A stretch of 6,273 nt of DNA, taken from the NCBI GenBank assembly GCA_022560555.1, contig JADFSZ010000106.1, positions 1-6,273 on the forward strand, given 5' to 3'. Of this stretch, positions 1 to 6,216 are shown in pieces. The position numbers and the translations under genes are program-made. The notes beneath the pieces were generated by a model. It ran no database searches and was not told the DNA's origin. It saw only the letters and a list, made by a program, of their open reading frames with translations. The stretch comes from PVC group bacterium. GTDB lineage: Bacteria > GCA-001730085 > JADFSZ01. Every line of letters starts with the position of its first letter. The first letter of the stretch is position 1.

Positions 1-441
1 GATATTCCTCCGAAGCGTAAAACGCTTTGGATCAACAAAGGGAAGCTTGACGGCATTGAGCCGAAAATGACGGTGGTTGTGAGTGACGGGCTTGTCGGGC
101 GTGTTTTGAAGGTTGGGCCAAATGTGAGCCAGGTGATTATGATTGCGGATATTGATAGCCGTGTGAGCGCTTTAATTCAAAACACCCGAGAGCAGGGGAT
201 TGTTAAAGGTTCCGCTGATGGGCGGGTCTTTTTTGATTACCTGAAACAAAGCGCTAATATTGCCGTCAATGATTTAGTCATCACCTCCGGAATGGGGGGT
301 GTCTATATGAAAGGCCTTGTGGTCGGACGCGTAAGAAAAATAGAATTGGATCAGGCAGGCATATTCCAAGTGGCAACGATTCATCCTGCGGTGAGTTTTG
401 ACAAAATTGAAGAAGTTTTTGTGGTCCTAGGGGAAAAATAA
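1..441 (+). CDS. mreC: Rod shape-determining protein MreC, C-terminal part (5' end lies outside the window)
   Basis: Frame 1 is open from nt 1 (DIPPKRKTLWINKGKLDGIEPKMTVV...), so the ATG at 67 is internal. The sequence has MreC-like motifs: INKGKLDGIEPKM, GLVGRV, and NDLVITSGMGGVYMKGLVVGRV, which resembles the E. coli TSGLGGRFPEGYPV segment. The stop is TAA at 439-441. It sits immediately upstream of mreD, mrdA and rodA. Confidence 0.85.
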   Translation, partial: DIPPKRKTLWINKGKLDGIEPKMTVVVSDGLVGRVLKVGPNVSQVIMIADIDSRVSALIQNTREQGIVKGSADGRVFFDYLKQSANIAVNDLVITSGMGGVYMKGLVVGRVRKIELDQAGIFQVATIHPAVSFDKIEEVFVVLGEK

Positions 442-442
442 T

Positions 443-958
443 ATGTCGCTTTTAATAATTTTTAGTATCGGTTTGTGTCTGGCTATTTTCCAATCAACAC
501 TAAGAGGTTTTTTAAATGTCGCGGGTATTGTTCCTGACATAACCTTGATGTATTTTCTCTTGTCGTCTAAACTCTATATCAGGTTGACGAAAAAAAGGGA
601 TGTGTTTTTTGAGCTTGTGTTTATTGGAGGCTGTATGGGGCTCGTGGCCGGCATGTATTCGGCGGTATCGGGAGTTTCGTTTATTTTAAGCTATATGTCT
701 CTAAGTTTCCTAATCTATTTCTGGTTTCAAAATGCTTTGGCAAAAAAAATATATTCAAAATTATTGTATCCTGTGCTGTTTCCAGTCGTATTTTATAGCA
801 TGATGGGGGTTTTGGGCTGGCTCGTTGATGGCCGGTGGATATTCTATTCCTCCGACGTTTTTTTTGTATCCGTTCTGATCAATGGGACCGCATATTTTCT
901 TATGGTTGGAATAGCGCGTACACTATTTGGTACTAGAAGCCGGGAGTTTTCTTTATGA
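443..958 (+). CDS. mreD: Rod shape-determining protein MreD (polytopic membrane protein)
   Basis: A 171-aa, very hydrophobic protein with about 5 predicted TM segments. The ATG lies 1 nt after the mreC stop, preceded by an AGGGGA Shine-Dalgarno at 429-434. MreD-like features are the VPDITLMYFLL segment and the glycine-rich IGGCMGLVAGM helix. The conserved position between mreC and mrdA is the main support, because sequence similarity in this family is weak. Confidence 0.7.
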   Translation: MSLLIIFSIGLCLAIFQSTLRGFLNVAGIVPDITLMYFLLSSKLYIRLTKKRDVFFELVFIGGCMGLVAGMYSAVSGVSFILSYMSLSFLIYFWFQNALAKKIYSKLLYPVLFPVVFYSMMGVLGWLVDGRWIFYSSDVFFVSVLINGTAYFLMVGIARTLFGTRSREFSL

Positions 959-2739
959 AGCGCCACGGAGTGTTTTTGTGCATAATTATCTTTATGATGC
1001 TTTTTCTTGTGAGCGGACTCGCATGGTTCCAAATCAAAGAAGGCGAATCCTATTATCAAAAATCAGAAAACAATCGCATCCGATCACTTTCTTTCGCGTC
1101 TCCCAGAGGCCGCATCTTGGATCGGGACGGAGTCATTTTGGCTGATAACAGGGTTTCTTTCGGGGTGTCCATCATTCCGGAAGAAATCCGAAAAAATGAA
1201 AGTTTCGTGATCCCTTTGCTTATTGAACTCATCAAAGATGATGATCTTACGTATGAGAAAATCGAAAAAAAGATCAAATCAGCTCACGCGGCTCCTTTTG
1301 TTCATGTGAGAATTAAAAAAGATTTAGAATTTGACGCTTTCGCGCGAATTGAAGAAAATTTATTAGATATGCCCGGTGTGACGGTGCGCCCATATATGGT
1401 GAGAGAGTATCCTTATGATGATTTAGCCGGCCATGTGATTGGTTATACCGGCATGATTAGTTTAGAGGAATACGGGCGTCTCAAAGGCAGTGACTATCAA
1501 AAATGGGATATGATCGGAAAAACCGGGGTTGAAAAAATGTATGATACGATTCTACGGGGCCGGCGAGGATGGAAGTATGTTGAAATAACGGCATCCGGCA
1601 GGCATGTCGAGAATTTGAAGGAAACAAAAGTGATCCCGGGTTCGGATCTTATGTTAACGATTGACAATGACGTGCAGCGTATGGCCCAAAACGCTCTTCA
1701 AGATTACCGCGGGGCTTGTGTGGTCATACAATCGGATACAGGGGACATCCTCGCTCTTGTGAGTTCGCCGGGGCTTAATGTGTCCAGTTTTGGGGAATCT
1801 CCCGATACAGAGGCTCTGAAAGAATATTTTCAGGACACAAACAAACCATTCATTAATCGGACAATTCAGGCGAGTTATTCTCCGGGATCCGTTTTTAAAA
1901 TTGTGCTTGCGATTGCCGGACTTTCGACGGGGGTTATTACGGAAGAGACGGAGTTTTATTGTAACGGAGCTTTCCTTGTCGGCGGGAGGCGGTTCCGATG
2001 TATGGGACAACACGGACATGTGTCACTAATCGAAGCCCTGGAGAGATCCTGCAATATCTATTTTTATAATCTCGGTCTCAAGCTGGGTCCGAATACCATG
2101 GCGGAATATTCAAAAAAACTGGGACTAGGACAAGCGTCCGGTATTGATTTGCCGTACGAGAGACAGGGCATTGTTCCGTCCCCGGAATGGAAAAAAAATC
2201 GTTTTAAAAACGATAAGCGTTGGTATGACGGAGAAACAGCCCTGTTCGCGATCGGGCAAGGCTTTCTTGAGGTGACTCCGCTTCAATTGATTTACGCGGC
2301 TAATGCTCTTGTGAACGGCGGGAAGCTTTTTAAGCCAAAACTTTTAAAAAAAGTGTACGGCAATAAACTTATCAACCCTCATGACGTTGCGGGCGAATAT
2401 ACGGACCTTTCTTTTAATCCTTATCATTTGATGCTGATCAAACAAGGAATGTATCAGGTTGTTCATAGTCCGAATGGAACCGGCCGGCGAGCCAAGCTCA
2501 ACGGGTATGAAATCGGAGGAAAAACCGGTACGGTTCAAGTGAAACGCCACGGTAAACGCCAACCTGATCATGGATGGTTTTTCGGCTTTAGTCCGATCGA
2601 CAAACCAAAATATTCTGTTATTGTTTTTATCGAGAATCAAGGGGCGGGAGGCCATAAGCCCGCGAGAATAGCACGGGAGATTTTTAAAGGTATTTGGACA
2701 AAAGAAGAGACCCGAAAGCTTTATGTTCAAACGAATTGA
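955..2739 (+). CDS. mrdA: Peptidoglycan D,D-transpeptidase MrdA (penicillin-binding protein 2, class B PBP)
   Basis: A 594-aa protein with an N-terminal TM anchor (VFLCIIIFMMLFLVSGLAWF) and a PBP dimerisation-domain start (RGRILDRDGVILADN). All three penicilloyl-serine transferase motifs are present: SxxK as S312-V-F-K315 (nt 1888-1899), SxN as S365-C-N367 (nt 2047-2055), and KTG(T) as K523-T-G-T (nt 2521-2532). The start overlaps the mreD stop as ATGA (955-958), with a GGGAG Shine-Dalgarno at 942-946. Confidence 0.93.
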   Translation: MKRHGVFLCIIIFMMLFLVSGLAWFQIKEGESYYQKSENNRIRSLSFASPRGRILDRDGVILADNRVSFGVSIIPEEIRKNESFVIPLLIELIKDDDLTYEKIEKKIKSAHAAPFVHVRIKKDLEFDAFARIEENLLDMPGVTVRPYMVREYPYDDLAGHVIGYTGMISLEEYGRLKGSDYQKWDMIGKTGVEKMYDTILRGRRGWKYVEITASGRHVENLKETKVIPGSDLMLTIDNDVQRMAQNALQDYRGACVVIQSDTGDILALVSSPGLNVSSFGESPDTEALKEYFQDTNKPFINRTIQASYSPGSVFKIVLAIAGLSTGVITEETEFYCNGAFLVGGRRFRCMGQHGHVSLIEALERSCNIYFYNLGLKLGPNTMAEYSKKLGLGQASGIDLPYERQGIVPSPEWKKNRFKNDKRWYDGETALFAIGQGFLEVTPLQLIYAANALVNGGKLFKPKLLKKVYGNKLINPHDVAGEYTDLSFNPYHLMLIKQGMYQVVHSPNGTGRRAKLNGYEIGGKTGTVQVKRHGKRQPDHGWFFGFSPIDKPKYSVIVFIENQGAGGHKPARIAREIFKGIWTKEETRKLYVQTN

Positions 2740-3808
2740 TTGGATACTATTATTATCTTTGATGGCCTTGCTTGTGATGGGGTTTGCCGTTCTCTACAGT
2801 GCGGCGTACCGTATGGAGTTTAGTGATGTCACCAAGAATTATTTTACGAAACAGGTTATATGGGTATGTTTGGGACTTATAGCGGTTCTATTGCTAAGTT
2901 TTGTGAATTACAAATCCATCGGCAACATCTCTGTTATTCTCTATTTATTAAACGTCTTGCTTTTGCTCTATGTTTTGTTTTTAGGAACGAAGATTGGGGG
3001 AGCTCGCCGATGGATTAGTTTTGGAATCGTTTCGATTCAGCCTTCAGAATTTATGAAGCTGACACTGATTTTATGTTTAGCTTGGTTTCTGAGTATGGCG
3101 AGAGGGCGCGAAAATAGTTTGTGGACCCTCGTCGTGAGTTTGCTGATAACAGGTGTTCCCCTTTTGCTCATATTAAAAGAGCCGGATCTTGGGACGGCAC
3201 TCGTGTTGATTCCCGTTATGCTGACACTACTTTTTATTTATGGATTGAGGCTGAAGTATTTTATCGCGCTTATTTTAACCGGATTGCTTTCATCTCCTTT
3301 GGTATGGCTTATTCTTAAGCCATACCAAAAATCCCGCATTCTTGTATTTTTGAACCCGAGCCATTATCAATACGGTGCCGGATGGGCGGTGATTCAGTCA
3401 AAGATTGCCATCGGGTCGGGACAAATTTTTGGTAAAGGATGGCTTGAAGGGACGCAATCCCAGTTGAATTTTTTGCCTGAGCGGCACACGGATTTTATTT
3501 TTGCTGTCTTGGCGGAAGAGGCGGGATTTGTCGGGTGTGTACTTCTCCTTGTTTTGTACTTTATTATTTTGTTTCGGGGAATCAAAATCAGCCAAATGGC
3601 TCGTGATGACTATGGGAAATTGGTCGCATGTGGTATTGTGGCTATGATCGGATTTCATATCTTTGTGAACATTGGAATGACCTTAGGCCTTTTGCCGGCT
3701 ACAGGCCTGCCATTGCCGTTCATGAGCTATGGAGGATCGTTTTTGCTGACAATGGTATTGTCTGTAGGGATGTTGATGAATATTTATGCTTACAATTCGC
3801 ATTATTAA
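2723..3808 (+). CDS. rodA: Peptidoglycan glycosyltransferase RodA (SEDS family, FtsW/RodA/SpoVE)
   Basis: A 361-aa polytopic membrane protein. It carries the typical RodA N-terminus (RIDWILLLSLMALLVMGFAVLYSA) and SEDS hallmark segments: GARRWISFG, QPSEFMKL, LPERHTDFIFAVLAEEAGFVG and LPATGLPLPFMSYGGS. The ATG at 2723 overlaps the mrdA 3' end by 17 nt (mrdA stop TGA at 2737-2739). Confidence 0.93.
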   Translation: MFKRIDWILLLSLMALLVMGFAVLYSAAYRMEFSDVTKNYFTKQVIWVCLGLIAVLLLSFVNYKSIGNISVILYLLNVLLLLYVLFLGTKIGGARRWISFGIVSIQPSEFMKLTLILCLAWFLSMARGRENSLWTLVVSLLITGVPLLLILKEPDLGTALVLIPVMLTLLFIYGLRLKYFIALILTGLLSSPLVWLILKPYQKSRILVFLNPSHYQYGAGWAVIQSKIAIGSGQIFGKGWLEGTQSQLNFLPERHTDFIFAVLAEEAGFVGCVLLLVLYFIILFRGIKISQMARDDYGKLVACGIVAMIGFHIFVNIGMTLGLLPATGLPLPFMSYGGSFLLTMVLSVGMLMNIYAYNSHY

Positions 3809-3866
3809 TGCATTGTGTCTCTGAATCCGTCCGTTCACAGACGCTAAGCGAGATCTTAAACTCACT

Positions 3867-3872
3867 GAGGAG
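3867..3872 (+). promoter_or_regulatory. Shine-Dalgarno sequence (GAGGAG) for the cupin gene
   Basis: GAGGAG lies 5 nt upstream of the ATG at 3878. It is the strongest ribosome-binding site I can see in the window. Confidence 0.55.
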
Positions 3873-3877
3873 AAATT

Positions 3878-4237
3878 ATGAATGATTTGAATGAAAAAAC
3901 CTATGACGAGCGGCCCTGGGGAAATTACCGGGTATTACATCGTGAAGATAAAATGTGGGTGAAAAGGATCGAGGTTAAGCCCAACAAACGTCTCAGTTTG
4001 CAAAAACATGCTTATAGAGAAGAACGTTGGGTTGTGACGGAAGGTGAGGGTGTTGTGACGCGCAATGAAAAGTCAATACAGGTGCATAAGGGAAAATCTG
4101 TTGAAATCGCGTGCGGGGATATTCATCGAATCGAAAACACGGGGAATGAGGCTCTCGTATTTATCGAAGTGGCTTTGGGAGAGAAATTATCCGAAGAGGA
4201 TATCATCCGTATCGAGGACGACTTTGGAAGAGCCTAG
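3878..4237 (+). CDS. Standalone cupin-domain protein, type II mannose-6-phosphate isomerase-like (ManC/CpsB C-terminal domain type)
   Basis: The 119-aa protein aligns along its whole length with the C-terminal PMI cupin of bifunctional ManC-type enzymes as I remember it. Matching segments are ERPWGNYRVL, VKRIEVKPNKRLSLQKHAYREERWVVTEGEG (cupin motif 1), IACGDIHRIENTGNEALVFIEV (cupin motif 2) and GEKLSEEDIIRIEDDFGR (canonical G.YLGEDDI.R.ED.YGR tail). No nucleotidyltransferase domain is attached. Confidence 0.8.
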   Translation: MNDLNEKTYDERPWGNYRVLHREDKMWVKRIEVKPNKRLSLQKHAYREERWVVTEGEGVVTRNEKSIQVHKGKSVEIACGDIHRIENTGNEALVFIEVALGEKLSEEDIIRIEDDFGRA

Positions 4238-4255
4238 AAATCGGTATTCTTACTC

Positions 4256-5893
4256 ATGATAGAAAAAAAGGACAATTCTGTTTTTGAACAATCCATACCA
4301 CAGAAGATAGAAAATCAAATCAATGCGCACAATTCTTTAAGTGCGGATGAGTTAAAGATCCTTCCTGATTCTCTCGAAAAAAGTGATATTGAGGCCAAAA
4401 TTCATGAAGCCAACCGGTTTTTGCCGAAGAGCCATCCGGCTCATGTTCTGGAGGCAAAGATTCCTGACAAAATTGTTAATCGCACTAGAGTCGATGCCGC
4501 TTTGATCGCGAACGCGAAATCATTTGTTGCCCAAGGAAAGTATGTGCCTGAGTTTTTCTTTGCGGGAGCCGGAACACGCATGGGGGCCGGCGCGTTTTAC
4601 TTTATAGATCCTGCTGGGATAGCAAAAGATATTTTAGACAAAAAGGGCGCTTCTTATAAGAAATATCAATTGTTAAATGCCCAAGAAAGATCCCTTATTG
4701 AGATGTCCATTCGGGAATTTTATGATTCTGAGAAAGATAATTTGTCCCTCGCGTTAGGGCCGCGCGAACTTCTGCAATTTGCAGCTTCCGTCATGACCTA
4801 TGGGCGCGAATCCGGGATAGATGAACCTGAGGCCCTGCGGTCTCAAAAGATGATTATCCATATCAATGATCAGGTCAATCCTGAAACCAGCAAGCCTTAT
4901 TGTGACGAAATTATCACTGATTTTATCAAAAGAAGGTTTTTTGGATTTGATCCTAAAAAGGTTGTGTTTCTTATTCAGCCGGCCTTCCGGGCTTATCGCA
5001 TCCGTAAACAAAGCACAACGAACATCATAATTGAAGAAGTTCCTAACTCGGAAGAGCTGGTTTATGGACACGGGTACGCGACGTGTCAAATGGCACGTGT
5101 GGAAGATGCGTTTGTCGTTTTAGGAGATGATCCACATACAAGGAGTGCTGTTACAAATGACCAAGGGGGAGCTGTTAATGCTTTAAGTTACATCCAGCTT
5201 CTGGGCGGAGAAATTCTCGGTACCCATCGGATTAATGATTTAACGAAGCTGGATTCCGATCAGGCTTTTGATCCGGTACGGATTGCGACGCAATTGGAGT
5301 TTATCCGCGATGGACACAATGTTGTTGTTGAACTTGTGGACAATCCCACGGGACAAAAAGGCGGAAATTGGATGGGTTTTCAGAAATCTGTTTATAAGGA
5401 ATTCGAGAAAGATTACAGCGAATCTTTTCTTTTAGAGGGAGTTAACACCAAAACCAACGCTTATCAAGAGCTTTTTGATCGTCAGATAAATTCCGGCTAT
5501 CCGGAAAGTTTCATCAATCGCTTTATGTCTTTTATGGATCAAACGAATCAAGTTTCATTAAAAGCACATGATATTAAGGGGCTGCCTTATAATGCTTTTC
5601 GCTTAGCTTACAGTATTGAGGGGGTCAAAAATATTTTAAAAACGTATGAACTTCCATACAACTTGAGATACAAATTCGGATGTTTGTATCTCGAGTCAGT
5701 CACAGGGGATATATCTCAATTCCGTGAAAGCCGGAGCGCTTCATTTGTTTTGGCCGATGAGGATTGGCGGATGGAGTTGATTCATGATTTTAAAGAAATG
5801 AAAAATCTCAGCGAGGCATTATTGGCAATCAAAAAACAGAATCATGATGCGGATTTTAGAAAAGTGACCGTTGCAAGTTTAAAGACAAAATAG
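4256..5893 (+). CDS. Divergent UDPGP-family (eukaryote-type UDP-sugar pyrophosphorylase-like) nucleotidyltransferase; substrate unknown
   Basis: A long, clean 545-aa ORF. Motifs occur in the same order and spacing as in UGP/UAP-type enzymes. (1) Gly-rich NTP loop FFFAGAGTRMG, residues 100-110 (core AGAGTRMG at nt 4562-4585), vs LAGGQGTRLG / LNGGLGTSMG. (2) RRFFGFDPKKVVFLIQPAF vs YFGLKKENVIFFQQGMLPA. (3) YGHGYA (nt 5063-5080) vs PPGHGD / PDGNGG. (4) INDLTKL...VVVELVDNPTGQKGGNW (nt 5321-5371) vs IDNL...VMEVTNKTRADVKGGTL. (5) YNAFRLAYSIEGVKNIL vs FNTNNLWISLAAVKRL. (6) LYLESVTGDISQF (nt 5684-5722) vs IQLETAVGAAIKSF. The comparison is from memory of reference sequences, not a computed alignment. 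Confidence 0.65.
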   Translation: MIEKKDNSVFEQSIPQKIENQINAHNSLSADELKILPDSLEKSDIEAKIHEANRFLPKSHPAHVLEAKIPDKIVNRTRVDAALIANAKSFVAQGKYVPEFFFAGAGTRMGAGAFYFIDPAGIAKDILDKKGASYKKYQLLNAQERSLIEMSIREFYDSEKDNLSLALGPRELLQFAASVMTYGRESGIDEPEALRSQKMIIHINDQVNPETSKPYCDEIITDFIKRRFFGFDPKKVVFLIQPAFRAYRIRKQSTTNIIIEEVPNSEELVYGHGYATCQMARVEDAFVVLGDDPHTRSAVTNDQGGAVNALSYIQLLGGEILGTHRINDLTKLDSDQAFDPVRIATQLEFIRDGHNVVVELVDNPTGQKGGNWMGFQKSVYKEFEKDYSESFLLEGVNTKTNAYQELFDRQINSGYPESFINRFMSFMDQTNQVSLKAHDIKGLPYNAFRLAYSIEGVKNILKTYELPYNLRYKFGCLYLESVTGDISQFRESRSASFVLADEDWRMELIHDFKEMKNLSEALLAIKKQNHDADFRKVTVASLKTK

Positions 5894-6196
5894 AACGATG
5901 AGTTCAATCACACTCATGCTTAATAGGACCGCAGGCCTTCCGATAGATTCTTTTGTTTTTATCGCCCGGAAGAGTTTTTTTCCAAAAAACGCGGCAATAA
6001 AAAATGTGCAGATGAGCCCTAACCACCAGCCCGCGTGATCATTTTTCTGAAGCATAAGAGCCGATATGACCAAAAGAACACCAAAAATACTGCCGGATAT
6101 GATGGAAGCCCTGCTTTTAGCTTTGACAAATCCCATAATTCCGCCGATAAAGACCAAAAGACCGTAGATAAGTGTGATGAGAGAAATAGTGTTCAT
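5879..6196 (-). CDS. Small four-helix membrane protein, TMEM14/UPF0136 (Tmemb_14) family-like
   Basis: A 105-aa protein with four hydrophobic segments. The segment YGLLVFIGGIMGFVKAKSRASIISGSIFGVLL closely parallels the TMEM14 signature, e.g. human TMEM14C [24 protein letters not shown]. The stop is TAA (complement of 5879-5881). It converges on the 545-aa ORF and overlaps it by 15 nt. Confidence 0.72.
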   Translation of the reverse strand: MNTISLITLIYGLLVFIGGIMGFVKAKSRASIISGSIFGVLLVISALMLQKNDHAGWWLGLICTFFIAAFFGKKLFRAIKTKESIGRPAVLLSMSVIELIVLFCL

Positions 6197-6216
6197 TTTG
6201 AGCTATTTGTGATAAA

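Noticed and set aside
3773-3796. TTGATG and TACAAT hexamers at the 3' end of rodA, considered as an internal promoter for the cupin gene.
   Set aside because: The spacer is only 12 nt, far from the 16-18 nt needed, and no alternative -35 lies at the right distance.
3817-3842. Imperfect hairpin GTCTCTG...CACAGAC in the rodA-cupin spacer, considered as a possible terminator or attenuator.
   Set aside because: The stem is 7 bp with a central C-C mismatch, has low GC and is not followed by a T-tract. It is too weak to call an intrinsic terminator.
4264-4270. A AAA AAG heptamer identical to the classical dnaX -1 frameshift slippery site, at codons 3-5 of the UDPGP-like gene. Similar A-runs occur at 743-750 and 2189-2197.
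   Set aside because: The site is at the extreme 5' end of the ORF, with no downstream stimulatory hairpin and no meaningful alternative-frame ORF. A-runs are expected in Lys-rich, AT-leaning coding sequence.
844-5089. Minus-strand ORFs from the six-frame track at 844-1059, 1056-1277, 1654-2019, 2344-2730, 3394-3585, 3398-3658, 3683-3865 and 4754-5089.
   Set aside because: All lie entirely antisense to long, motif-supported plus-strand genes (mreD, mrdA, rodA, UDPGP-like). Their translations are low-complexity and rich in R/K/S/P, with no recognisable motifs and no RBS. They are typical shadow ORFs.
5898-5917. Hairpin ATGAGT / ACTCAT just after the UDPGP-like stop codon, considered as a possible terminator.
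   Set aside because: It is only a 6-bp AT-rich stem with an 8-nt loop and no T-tract, and it lies inside the TMEM14-like coding sequence. The evidence is insufficient.
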